Sequence record: NC_031934.1
Strand: one strand, 5' to 3'
DNA from: Escherichia phage MX01
DNA length: 64,000 nt
In this document: in pieces, positions 9,768-19,743 of the stretch
Layout: every line of letters starts with the position of its first letter
How positions within the stretch are numbered: position 1 is the stretch's first letter
The notes under the pieces: generated by a model
Seen by the model: the letters and a program-made list of their open reading frames with translations, nothing else
What the model was told of the DNA's origin: nothing
Databases searched by the model: none
Made by a program: the position numbers and the translations under genes

Positions 9768-10933
9768 GTTCAAAAACTATGCAGCGTGAAGGCTTTCCTA
9801 ATATTAGTATACGCCTTTACGAAGATTATGACGCCTGGTTAGAGCATCGTTTTGTTGAACTAGGCGCGACATTTACTACTCTAACAATGCGTGATGGACT
9901 TTATGGTAGTAATGAAGGATTGCTTCAGTTTTATGATGCAAAGAACCTTCATACTAAAATGGATGGCGAACAGATTATTCAAATTTCTGTTAAGAACGCT
10001 AACTCCGAGCGTACCCAGTCAAGAATTTATGGAAGCAAACACTTTGCTGTAGGAGTGGATTCGAAGGGCGACAATATCATAACAATACAACTCGCCCCAA
10101 TCCACTTTTTAGAGAATCTTAAATTTAGTCGTATGTTCTTCCCCAGTGTTCAAGAAACATTAACTGAAATGATTGGTGTTATTTATCAAGACCGTCCACT
10201 TCTTGCACCCCCATTGAACGGGATAAACGTTTATGTTCCTAATGTTCCTTGGTGTGATTCAATGGACCGTTATATGGAATTTGTACGGGAAGTAGGTATG
10301 GCCGTTGAATCTGATAAATTTGTATTTGTATGGGAAGATATAGATGGTATTTCTATCATGGACTACGAATTTATGGTTAATCAAGAGCCAATTAATTTTG
10401 TGGTAGGTGAGCCTCGTTTAATAGGCCAATACGTCCAAGATATGGACACTCCTATCGCATTTGATTTTGAATGGTTAACTAAAGCCAACCAACATTCCAG
10501 AAAACCATATGAAAACGCTACTGTATACGCCCACTCTTTCTTAGACAAAAACGCCACACGAATTACTTTTGGTGACGGGCAAAACAGTATATTGGTTTCT
10601 CGCTCCGGTGGATATTCTGATTATACCTACCGAAACGGTTTTGAAGAAGCCGATAGATTAGTTACTATGGCCCAATACGATGGATACGCTCATTGTAAGG
10701 TATATGGTAACTTTGAACTAACTCCAGGCGATAAGATTAATTTCTATGACCCTAAAAACCAATTCCAGTACGATTTTTATGTAGACGAAGTTATTCATGA
10801 AGTGAGTAACAATACATCAATTACAAACCTTTATATGTTTACTAATGGTAAGCCTATTAAGATTGAAGAACCGCCGAAGGTTAAAAATGAACTTAAAACT
10901 GATACTCCCGATCAAGAAAATAACGCTGGGTGA
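9764..10933 (+). CDS. 27: Baseplate hub protein gp27
   Basis: 389 aa, T4 gp27 size and position. Confidence 0.85.
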   Translation: MSSKTMQREGFPNISIRLYEDYDAWLEHRFVELGATFTTLTMRDGLYGSNEGLLQFYDAKNLHTKMDGEQIIQISVKNANSERTQSRIYGSKHFAVGVDSKGDNIITIQLAPIHFLENLKFSRMFFPSVQETLTEMIGVIYQDRPLLAPPLNGINVYVPNVPWCDSMDRYMEFVREVGMAVESDKFVFVWEDIDGISIMDYEFMVNQEPINFVVGEPRLIGQYVQDMDTPIAFDFEWLTKANQHSRKPYENATVYAHSFLDKNATRITFGDGQNSILVSRSGGYSDYTYRNGFEEADRLVTMAQYDGYAHCKVYGNFELTPGDKINFYDPKNQFQYDFYVDEVIHEVSNNTSITNLYMFTNGKPIKIEEPPKVKNELKTDTPDQENNAG

Positions 10934-11414
10934 CAAAGAGATTTCCATTCCTAAATTGGGTCTTAAACACCAGAAATTGGTTAAAGATGAAAAGGACCCT
11001 TACAAGGCCCTCTATATGACAATGGAATCCATTTGTAAAGGACTGTCTGCAGCAGAAACAGATTTTGCTGCTTTACACCTTTTAGAATTCAACGGACGAT
11101 TAAAAGAAAAAGTAACTAAAGATGGATTCACATATAATTTAAATGACCTTTATATTTGCCAACGACTTGAATTCCAGTTCCAAGGTAAGACATTTAAATT
11201 TAAATCACACGAACCATTTCAAACATTTGGTCCTGTTGATAGTGTACTACAATCTCTTTATCTTGGTGATGATGTACCAGATTTTCTGGATATGCCTGCC
11301 TTTGTTGCTACATGGGCCGACGATATAACTTCTACTGTAGCTATCCCTGGTCCTAATGGTCCTATCAAAGGATTGCTTAAAATCATGGATATCTTAAATG
11401 AAGAACGAATCTAA
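10887..11414 (+). CDS. 28: Baseplate hub distal subunit gp28
   Basis: Start set at internal ATG with GAAGG Shine-Dalgarno; 175 aa as in T4; overlaps the end of gene 27. Confidence 0.7.
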   Translation: MNLKLILPIKKITLGDKEISIPKLGLKHQKLVKDEKDPYKALYMTMESICKGLSAAETDFAALHLLEFNGRLKEKVTKDGFTYNLNDLYICQRLEFQFQGKTFKFKSHEPFQTFGPVDSVLQSLYLGDDVPDFLDMPAFVATWADDITSTVAIPGPNGPIKGLLKIMDILNEERI

Positions 11415-13134
11415 TCAGAATAGTTTTCGTCGCAATAAACTGATTGAAGAAATGGCTCCTCAGCGTCGTGCCGAGGCGCTAGCCCAAACTCAGAACGACG
11501 AATTAGGAAATATATCAGATGTTTTATCCGATTCCCAGGCGGCGTCTGAATTGCTCTCTGAAGTTGTTGAGACAAAGTCTAACCAGATTATTAATTCTGT
11601 AGACCGAGTAGACAAAAGCGTCCAAGATGTTGTCGCTGGAACAGAATTAACGGCCGAAGCCATATCAGAACAAACCCAACAGTCTAAAGCTCTTTCGGAT
11701 GCATTAAACGAAAAGATTAATAAGCTTTCTAATATGTTGGAGGCTAAATTTTCTGGTATTTCTATTCCACCGGAAGGGAGCTCATTAAAGGTTATTGAAG
11801 ACTCTATTCCTGAAGAACCTAAGGCCGAAACTCCTAAAGTTCCAGCCGTTATTGAAGATGTTCTTCCACCTGAAGATAATAAACCTGACGCTGAATTTAT
11901 GCCGGAGCCTCCTAAAAATTCAGATGAAGGTAAAGAAGGTGATAAGACTTCTCTTTCTGGTAAAATTGAAGCCCTTACTAAAATAACTGAAAAGGGATTT
12001 AAAGCTTCTATAGGCGTCGCTGATAGAATTTCAGGCATGCTTTTTAAGTATACCATTACCGCCGCCGCTGAAGCTGCTAAACTCGCTGCAGGTTTGGTCC
12101 TTTTAATATTTGGTATAGATGCCATTCGTGTATACTTCCAATATTTCATGGACCAATTTGAGTCAGGGTGGAAAGAATTTAACGATAAGTTTAAAGAGTG
12201 GGGACCATTACTTGAAGGGTTAATGACATGGGCCAAGAATGCTGAAGCCATGTTTAGTGAAGGGAACTGGTTAGGTCTGGCCGAAGCTATTATTCGTGGT
12301 ATGGTCAATCTTACTAAAAATATGGCACAGCTTTTAATGCTTGGTATTTCTAAGTTAATTTCTGCTATTTTAAGTAAAATACCTGGTATGGGTGATTTGG
12401 CTGAAAACGTAGAGGCTTCCGCTTTAATGTCATATCAACAAAATACTGGAGCTACTTTAGATGACGAGGACCAAACTAAGATAGCCAAGTACCATGATAG
12501 ACGTTCTGCCGAGGCTTTAGAAACAGCCGAGAAAATGAATAAGAAGTATAAGGATAAACCTGAGCTTATAAACCGGGCAGAGAAATACGGCAATCTTACT
12601 AAAGAGCAAGCCGACCAATTACGCGCAGGTGGAATTGACACAAGCTTCCGTGACCTCCCTGAAGAAGAACGTTTAGAGTATTTCAAGAAACGTGATAAGA
12701 CCCAAGCTGATATTATTCGTTTGACTCAAACTGCTGATAATATAATGAAGCCTGATTCTAAAGATATCGAAAATGCTAAAGCATTTAAAGCTGATATCGA
12801 GAAACAATTAGCCGACCCTATTATGGCTAAAGGTGGAGCACCGAAGGACCTTAATATCCAACAATTACTTGATAAGATGAATAAATCTTTAGAGAAATTT
12901 AACGAAGCTGAAAAGCCTAAACCTGCTTCTGTAGCGGAATCTCCTGAAAATACCCAGGTTAAAAAGGTTGATGAGCAAATGAGAGCAAAGGAAAATGCTA
13001 AATATAGTCAGCAAGCTCCAACTCAAATAAATCAGCAAACGAATATCAAGAAAACGAGTAAGACTAGTTATAATTTACCGCCACAGTCTTCTACTCCTGC
13101 TCCTGGTATGCGTCAAGCTACTAAAGTTAATTAG
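11398..13134 (+). CDS. 29: Baseplate hub / tail length determinator gp29
   Basis: 578 aa, T4 gp29 size and position. Confidence 0.85.
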   Translation: MKNESNQNSFRRNKLIEEMAPQRRAEALAQTQNDELGNISDVLSDSQAASELLSEVVETKSNQIINSVDRVDKSVQDVVAGTELTAEAISEQTQQSKALSDALNEKINKLSNMLEAKFSGISIPPEGSSLKVIEDSIPEEPKAETPKVPAVIEDVLPPEDNKPDAEFMPEPPKNSDEGKEGDKTSLSGKIEALTKITEKGFKASIGVADRISGMLFKYTITAAAEAAKLAAGLVLLIFGIDAIRVYFQYFMDQFESGWKEFNDKFKEWGPLLEGLMTWAKNAEAMFSEGNWLGLAEAIIRGMVNLTKNMAQLLMLGISKLISAILSKIPGMGDLAENVEASALMSYQQNTGATLDDEDQTKIAKYHDRRSAEALETAEKMNKKYKDKPELINRAEKYGNLTKEQADQLRAGGIDTSFRDLPEEERLEYFKKRDKTQADIIRLTQTADNIMKPDSKDIENAKAFKADIEKQLADPIMAKGGAPKDLNIQQLLDKMNKSLEKFNEAEKPKPASVAESPENTQVKKVDEQMRAKENAKYSQQAPTQINQQTNIKKTSKTSYNLPPQSSTPAPGMRQATKVN

Positions 13135-13142
13135 GACTAATA

Positions 13143-14231
13143 ATGAAAGCAAAAGAAATTGACATTGATGTAGCCTCCTTGTTTAAAGGAGGTTCAAAAA
13201 TCTCCGCGGGTCAATCTAAAACACAAGCAATACAAACCACGGTAACCGCTCAGTATCCTGCTGAGCGGGCATCAGGTAATGACACGTCAACAGACATGGT
13301 ATTAAACGACCTCTATAAAAACGGATTGCTTTTTACCGCATATAATTTTAGCTCTCGTGTATCTCCTGATTTGCGTAATGACCGATCAAGCCAAATGACT
13401 AAAAAGTTTTCAAAGGCCGCTAGTAAACTTACCGGTAATACCGGAGGATTCAGTGCAGTTAAAAACTTGTTTAGTAATAACTCTAAGGGAGTTAAATTTG
13501 ACAGCCAAGCTTTGGCAAATATTTTACTCCCACGTTCTAAATCTGATGTGGATTCAGTGTCGCATAAATTTAACGATGTGGGCGAATCATTGATTACTAA
13601 AGGTGGTGGTACTGCTACAGGTATTTTGAGTAACGTGGCAAGTACTGCGGTATTTGGTGCATTGGAATCCGTGACTAATGGCGTTATGGCAGATTCAGGT
13701 GAACAAATATACACCACTGCCCGTAGTATGTACGCTGGCCCGGATAACCGTACTAAGGTATTTACCTGGGAAATGACCCCACGAAACGCTCAAGACCTTA
13801 TCCAGATTATTAAAATATATGAAATCTTTAACTATTATTCTTATGGCGAAACAGGCAATTCGGCCTTCGCAGGCGAATTAAAAGAGAAGATTGATACCTG
13901 GTATCGTTCTACGTTTAAAAAAGAAGCTATTGACAAGTTTGACGGTAAGCTATTAGGGGAAAGTATTACAAGCTTCCTTTCTAATGTTATTGTGGTAAGT
14001 AACCCGACCATTTGGTATATCCGAAACTTTGGCGATAGCAGTTCATATGACGGCCGTGAAGATATTTTTGGCCCATGCCAAATCCAAAGTATACGATTTG
14101 ATAAAACTCCGGATGGGCATTTTAACGGATTGGCTATTGCTCCTAACTTACCATCTACATTTAGTTTAGAAGTTACTTTCCGTGAAATTATTACTCTGAA
14201 CCGTGGCTCACTTTATACGGAAGGATTCTAA
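13143..14231 (+). CDS. 48: Baseplate tail-tube junction protein gp48
   Basis: 362 aa, T4 gp48 size and position. Confidence 0.85.
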   Translation: MKAKEIDIDVASLFKGGSKISAGQSKTQAIQTTVTAQYPAERASGNDTSTDMVLNDLYKNGLLFTAYNFSSRVSPDLRNDRSSQMTKKFSKAASKLTGNTGGFSAVKNLFSNNSKGVKFDSQALANILLPRSKSDVDSVSHKFNDVGESLITKGGGTATGILSNVASTAVFGALESVTNGVMADSGEQIYTTARSMYAGPDNRTKVFTWEMTPRNAQDLIQIIKIYEIFNYYSYGETGNSAFAGELKEKIDTWYRSTFKKEAIDKFDGKLLGESITSFLSNVIVVSNPTIWYIRNFGDSSSYDGREDIFGPCQIQSIRFDKTPDGHFNGLAIAPNLPSTFSLEVTFREIITLNRGSLYTEGF

Positions 14232-15184
14232 TGTATACTTTACAAGAATTTCAGAACCAGGCAATTAATATTGACCTGCAGAGGAATAACCTGTTTAGTG
14301 TGGTATTTGCTACAGTTCCTTCTTCTAAATCTCAAGCGCTCCTCGACCAGTTCGGTGGAGCCTTATTTAACAACATTCCATTGAATACCGATTTGTTTGG
14401 TATTACACAAGGAGAGTTGACCCAAGGTGTTACGACATTAGTGACAGCGGGCACTCAGAAGCTCATTCGTAAGTCAGGCATAAGTAAATATCTGATTGGA
14501 GCTATGTCATCCAGGGTTGTGCAGAGCTTACTAGGAGAGTTTGAAGTAGGCACCTATCTAATGGACTTTTTCAATATGGCTTATCCTACTGCTGGCCTTT
14601 TAGTCCATGCTGTTAAAATCCCGGATAATACTTTGAATTATGAAATGGATTTGAACCACAACTCGCCTAATATCAAAATTACCGGAAGAGAATATTCTCC
14701 GTTGGTATTAAGCTTCCGTATGGATTCTGAAGCTGCTAACTACCGTGCTTTTAATGATTGGGTCAATAGTGTCCAAGACCCAATCACACAGTTAAGAGCC
14801 TTACCTGAGGATGTTGAAGCCGACATTCAAGTCAACCTTCATTCTCGTAATGGATTACCACATACTGTAGTAATGCTTAACGGGTGTGTTCCTGTTAGTG
14901 TTTCATCGCCTGAATTATCTTATGACGGTGATAACCAAATTGCTTCGTTTGATGTTACATTTGCCTATAGAAGTGTGCAGACGGGTGCAGTGGGTAAACA
15001 GGCCGCTTATGAGTGGTTAGAAGATAAGATTATTAAAGGTATGGCTGGGATAAGTGAGAGTAATTCACTGAGTTCTTCAGTAGCTAAATTAAGCCGACTT
15101 TCAGGAGCTTCTAGTGGATTGACTGGATTGGTTAATACATTTGGTGGGCGTGCTATTAATAACGGAATATCGAGGTTGTTATAA
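14231..15184 (+). CDS. 54: Baseplate tail-tube initiator gp54
   Basis: 317 aa, T4 gp54 size and position; 1-nt overlap with gene 48. Confidence 0.85.
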   Translation: MYTLQEFQNQAINIDLQRNNLFSVVFATVPSSKSQALLDQFGGALFNNIPLNTDLFGITQGELTQGVTTLVTAGTQKLIRKSGISKYLIGAMSSRVVQSLLGEFEVGTYLMDFFNMAYPTAGLLVHAVKIPDNTLNYEMDLNHNSPNIKITGREYSPLVLSFRMDSEAANYRAFNDWVNSVQDPITQLRALPEDVEADIQVNLHSRNGLPHTVVMLNGCVPVSVSSPELSYDGDNQIASFDVTFAYRSVQTGAVGKQAAYEWLEDKIIKGMAGISESNSLSSSVAKLSRLSGASSGLTGLVNTFGGRAINNGISRLL

Positions 15185-15190
15185 CAAAAA

Positions 15191-15210
15191 AGGAGAGCAT
15201 ATGCTCTCCT
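15191..15210. terminator. Bidirectional terminator between gene 54 and the alt cluster
   Basis: Perfect 20-nt palindrome aggagagcat/atgctctcct flanked by an A-run and a T/G-run. Confidence 0.7.
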
Positions 15211-15219
15211 TTAGGGGGT

Positions 15220-15510
15220 TTATTTACGGAACGAAATGAAACCTGCTGCAGTCATTAATGGTTGCTTTTTAACAAACACTGTGACTGAAATAGGAGCTTC
15301 AGATTCAAGCTGACCAGTCACTACACCATTAAAGATATTTTCAGTTTGTTCTGGATGAGAAAAATTCTCAACAGGTCGGATATCAAACTGTTTGTCTTCA
15401 CCGAAAACTCGACGTAATTCATTACCTACGGCACTGTCAAACACTTCAGAAGCAGGGATAACGTTTTCAACTACCAGTTCTTGACCATTAAAACGGAATG
15501 CAGATTTCAT
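15220..15510 (-). CDS. Hypothetical protein (96 aa) downstream of the alt array
   Basis: ORF with GAGGAG Shine-Dalgarno; its own early promoter upstream. Confidence 0.5.
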   Translation of the reverse strand: MKSAFRFNGQELVVENVIPASEVFDSAVGNELRRVFGEDKQFDIRPVENFSHPEQTENIFNGVVTGQLESEAPISVTVFVKKQPLMTAAGFISFRK

Positions 15511-15538
15511 AATGTTCTCCTCATGTTTGTGTAAGGTA

Positions 15539-15568
15539 ATAGTACCACATCCTTGTGGTGTTGTAAAC
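15539..15568 (-). promoter_or_regulatory. Early promoter overlapping the 3' end of alt paralogue 1
   Basis: Minus-sense GTTTAC, 18-nt spacer, TACTAT. Confidence 0.45.
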
Positions 15569-17691
15569 TACATTTTGAATTTATTTGATAAAGAAGAGAT
15601 GTCCAAAGATGCAGCAAGGATTTCCATAGCTTCGTTGCTTTCAGAAACGGATTCATTAACCAAGAATTGACTGAATCCATCCATCAGGCGAACTTCACCA
15701 GTTTCCATCAAATGGTCACCATCGTAAACAGATTCGCTGAGCTCTGAAGGAGGTGTTACGGTAGCTTCCATAAGGTATTTGTGAGATACTCTATCATTCA
15801 TGGCAAAAGCTGCTACTTTATCAACCTTCAACAATAATCCACGCGGAAGGATAATTTCTGCTTCTTCGGCATATTCTGTAAGGTCACCAGGAGCGATAAC
15901 TTTAACTGCTTCAGCACCTCGAATAACCATACCAATTTCAGCAATTCTATCTGCAGGACCTTCAGGTGCAATTGGATTACCAAACTCGTCTTCTTCCCAT
16001 TCTACCTCTTCATCATCGACTTCACCCACATCAGATGAACTACCGCTAGCCAATTTAAACAACTCATCAGCGGAGGATAAAGAACCTTCACCACCAACAA
16101 AAACGGCTTGGTTGTCGAGGGCCATATAATTTTTACCAAATTCGCCAAAGATGTTAGGCTTTAATGAGGCTGACACAAAGTTCTTAAAGTAAAATGTTTT
16201 GTTATCGATATTATGACGCAGAATTTTGTATGGCAAATCCTGACCACGATACAAAATAGTACCCTTAGGAAGTTTAATACCCTTAGTAAATGCTGAGTCT
16301 AAATCCTTAATCAATTTAATAGCCGTTGTATTGTTTTCGGATTCAGGTTTACCTAAAAGGAACAAGTTCATAGGAGCATATTCAGCTGCGCAATATTCAA
16401 TAATAGCATTGCTTTCGTCTTTGGTTAGGCCCTTAGGTTTAATGAGCTCACCTGAATAAGCATATGCATCACTAATAGAATCGTTAATTAGTTTATAAAC
16501 GGCTTCCATAGCGAAAGCAATTCGGGATGCTTTCTCTGAAGGGGAGCCTTTAAAACGGGTACTCAGGTTATTAACAATTTTCTTAATAATATCCAGACTA
16601 TTGGTTGTATTGATTTGCGAAAGGCCACTTAAAAGTCTATCGACTTCTGTATTAAAAAATGCCATATTATTAGAGTAAATTTCAAACCCTTGTTTATCTC
16701 TATTAGCATAATTTAGTTTAAATTTACTATCAGTCATTAAAGCGTGTGTGAGAGCAATAGTGTATCTAAAGTTGGCAAGGTCCTCGCTCTTAGATTTAAA
16801 CTGAGAAGCCTGGCGCATTTTGGTAATAGCACCTTTTTTAAAGTTCTGACTAATCTGTTCAATACCTTCGTTCTCAGGGCCTTCAGCCGTGTGAACCGGT
16901 ACAGAAGCTTCAAACTCGTTATAAACCTGCAATTCTTTAGGGGACAAAGTTTCAGGCTCAGCAGTAGAATACTGCGCCGCCGCTGCCATACGACGCGAAA
17001 TCTTAGTACGAGTAATGACAGCCTTATCAGTACGTTTCTCTTCAACTTGTGCAATAGATGCCGCTACGGCTTCGACCTTACTTACGGCCTGGCCGGTTTT
17101 CTTAGAAACATACACTTCGCCAACTTTAGACTCAACTTTAGTATAAAGATCGGCATTAATTTCAGGCATACCCTTGATATCTTCAATATTAGCACCACGA
17201 CGTACTAAAAGAACGTAGGTATGTTTTCCGCTGAATTGGAACATGTCGTCAACAACTTTAAACTTACCACCGGTACGAGCCATAGCCAAGCGAGCTAATA
17301 CGCGCTGAACGGTAGGACCTTTACCTTTCATTTTCTTAGTAGGGAAACGGAACAAAACCGCGTCCATTTTAAGTTTGTTTATTTGTTCATATATGGTATC
17401 GAAAATGGTGTTCAGTGTACCGAGTGGATCGGTACCCAAACCACCCTTGAGTTCTGCCGGAGCGCCTTTAGCAGATAAACTCATTAAGATAACATGGACG
17501 TACTTATCACCCGGCTTAACCATTTTAATAGCATCGCCTTCAGACGCGTATGAAACCATACGCGCTACTAAATTGTCATTACCAGGAGCATGGACCGCAA
17601 AAATCTGCGGTACGCCCGAGCCAGGTTTAAGATTTGTTACTGGGTAATTTTTTTTATCGCTTTTATCAAAAACTTCGTTTAAATTTTCCAT
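15568..17691 (-). CDS. alt: Alt-like ADP-ribosyltransferase, paralogue 1
   Basis: 707 aa; conserved N-terminal module; C-terminal R-S-ExE signature (LYRGQ, FVSASLKP, EAEIILPRG); unique acidic insertion. Confidence 0.85.
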   Translation of the reverse strand: MENLNEVFDKSDKKNYPVTNLKPGSGVPQIFAVHAPGNDNLVARMVSYASEGDAIKMVKPGDKYVHVILMSLSAKGAPAELKGGLGTDPLGTLNTIFDTIYEQINKLKMDAVLFRFPTKKMKGKGPTVQRVLARLAMARTGGKFKVVDDMFQFSGKHTYVLLVRRGANIEDIKGMPEINADLYTKVESKVGEVYVSKKTGQAVSKVEAVAASIAQVEEKRTDKAVITRTKISRRMAAAAQYSTAEPETLSPKELQVYNEFEASVPVHTAEGPENEGIEQISQNFKKGAITKMRQASQFKSKSEDLANFRYTIALTHALMTDSKFKLNYANRDKQGFEIYSNNMAFFNTEVDRLLSGLSQINTTNSLDIIKKIVNNLSTRFKGSPSEKASRIAFAMEAVYKLINDSISDAYAYSGELIKPKGLTKDESNAIIEYCAAEYAPMNLFLLGKPESENNTTAIKLIKDLDSAFTKGIKLPKGTILYRGQDLPYKILRHNIDNKTFYFKNFVSASLKPNIFGEFGKNYMALDNQAVFVGGEGSLSSADELFKLASGSSSDVGEVDDEEVEWEEDEFGNPIAPEGPADRIAEIGMVIRGAEAVKVIAPGDLTEYAEEAEIILPRGLLLKVDKVAAFAMNDRVSHKYLMEATVTPPSELSESVYDGDHLMETGEVRLMDGFSQFLVNESVSESNEAMEILAASLDISSLSNKFKM

Positions 17692-17694
17692 TAT

Positions 17695-19740
17695 TTACCC
17701 TTGGATGAATTTTTCTGGGATTTCGTCAAAATTAATACATGAAGCTAAAATAGGCATTATATCCACCTTGGTCGATTTGACAAATGAATCAAAAGACACA
17801 GGGTTGTCGGTCTCTGTTTCTACACCTTGGTAAACAACCAATTCGCCTGTTTCCATCAATGCATCGCCATCATAGATAACCGCATTTTCTGCTAGTTGGT
17901 CTGTGGTCTGGATATCTGCTTCCAATAATTTGGTGTTGTAGTTTCCTTTATATGAGGCATCAGTAATTTTAGTAATCTTAACTGTAGTTCCACGTGGAAG
18001 AATAACCTCTTGTTCTGTTGGAGAACCTGACAATTCACCAGGCATAATTACGTTAATAGAGTCTGCACCAGAAATTTTCCAGCCGATGTTCATCATTGTA
18101 TTTTCGGAACTCGTCAGCATACTTGGAAGAACAATTTCATTATCGCCTTGGAAAGATGTCCCAGCGCGATAGTCTTGATGTACTGCTGCCATTGCGACGT
18201 TTGATACCCAGCCGCCAAAGATAATTGGCTTAAGGGACGTTGATACATAGTTCCTGAAATAAAACAATTTTGAGTGTTTGATTTTATCAAAAGTGTTAAC
18301 ATTTAAATATTGCCCACGCCAAAGTGTAATATCAGGTGGCAATTTATGGCCAATTTCAAATGCCGCATCCATATCGTTAATTACTTCAATTACACGCTGG
18401 CTATCAATGAATTCTGCATCCTCTTCATAATAATTACCCAACAAATAATTATTAACATCGGTATAATATTGGCCACAATAAGAAGAAATAGCCTCACGCT
18501 GCTCATACTCAAATCGATTATCGCTATAACCGGCTGTAAAATGCATAAGACTTTCTGATGCTTCATTAGCAAAGTCGGTAACAGCAGCACTTATACGTTG
18601 AGCATACTCTTGTTCCCAAAGCTCTGCTGCATATTCTGACGCATCCATATTAGGAGGGGCCTCATTCACTTTTCTTTCGATAAATGCAGCTTTGCGAAGG
18701 TTAAGAATCTCTGCACATGATTCGGCAAAAATCTGCATCTGCTTCATACTGCCAACAGGAGCACGTTTAAGTTCACGATGCATACGGTTAAAAATTGGGT
18801 CAGAGTCTTCGACTCGAATTTCTTCTTTCCAAACACCATTTGCTCGCATAGCCGTATCTGCCGCGCGCATACGGTCCATAGTATTCGTTTCAGAAGGTCG
18901 AACAAAAATTTCTAGTTCTTCATAATCATCGATAAGTTCTGCCGTAGCCGGTCGACTAAACTTAGCAGCTTCTGCATCAATTTCGTCCCAACCTTCCGGA
19001 ACTTCATCTCGAGGAGAATACTGGGCTGCGGCCACAGCACGCCTAGAAATCTTGGTAGTAGTAATAACAGCCTTATCCGTACGTTTTTCTTCGACTGCCG
19101 CTATACTAGCAGATAGTGCTTCTATTTTGGTTACTGATTGGCCGGTTTTCTTAGAAACATAAACCTCACCAACTTTAGACTCAACCTTAGTGTAAAGGTC
19201 TGCATCAATTTCAGGCATACCTTTTATGTCCTCAATATTAGCTTGTTTACGAACCAGTAAAACGTATGTATGTTTGCCTGTAAATTGATACATATCATCG
19301 ACAACTTTAAACTTGCCGCCAGTACGAGCCATCGCCAAACGTGCCAATACACGTTGAACAGTAGGACCCTTACCTTTCATTTTCTTGGTAGGGAAGCGGA
19401 AAAGAACTGCATCCATTTTAAGTTTATTTACCTGTTCATATACCGTATCGAAAATGGTATTCAATGTACCAAATGGGTCAGAACCTAACCCACCTTTCAA
19501 CTCGGCTGGGGTACCCTTAGCAGACAAACTCATTAGAATAACGTGGACATATTTGTCGCCTGGCTTAACCATTTTAATAGCGTCTCCTTGAGACGCATAA
19601 GATACCATACGAGCAACCAAGTTATCATTACCTGGTGCTTGGATAGAGAAAATCTGTGGAATACCGGAACCTGGTTTAAGATTTATTACTGGATAGTTTT
19701 TAGCGGAATCACTATCAAAAACTTCGTTTAAATTTTCCAT
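17695..19740 (-). CDS. alt: Alt-like ADP-ribosyltransferase, paralogue 2
   Basis: 681 aa; same N-terminal module; LWRGQ, YVSTSLKP, EQEVILPRG. Confidence 0.85.
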   Translation of the reverse strand: MENLNEVFDSDSAKNYPVINLKPGSGIPQIFSIQAPGNDNLVARMVSYASQGDAIKMVKPGDKYVHVILMSLSAKGTPAELKGGLGSDPFGTLNTIFDTVYEQVNKLKMDAVLFRFPTKKMKGKGPTVQRVLARLAMARTGGKFKVVDDMYQFTGKHTYVLLVRKQANIEDIKGMPEIDADLYTKVESKVGEVYVSKKTGQSVTKIEALSASIAAVEEKRTDKAVITTTKISRRAVAAAQYSPRDEVPEGWDEIDAEAAKFSRPATAELIDDYEELEIFVRPSETNTMDRMRAADTAMRANGVWKEEIRVEDSDPIFNRMHRELKRAPVGSMKQMQIFAESCAEILNLRKAAFIERKVNEAPPNMDASEYAAELWEQEYAQRISAAVTDFANEASESLMHFTAGYSDNRFEYEQREAISSYCGQYYTDVNNYLLGNYYEEDAEFIDSQRVIEVINDMDAAFEIGHKLPPDITLWRGQYLNVNTFDKIKHSKLFYFRNYVSTSLKPIIFGGWVSNVAMAAVHQDYRAGTSFQGDNEIVLPSMLTSSENTMMNIGWKISGADSINVIMPGELSGSPTEQEVILPRGTTVKITKITDASYKGNYNTKLLEADIQTTDQLAENAVIYDGDALMETGELVVYQGVETETDNPVSFDSFVKSTKVDIMPILASCINFDEIPEKFIQG

Positions 19741-19743
19741 TAT

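Noticed and set aside
11490-12308. 272-aa minus-strand ORF
   Set aside because: Antisense to gp29 within a co-directional structural operon; low-complexity Ser/Ala-rich translation typical of a shadow frame.
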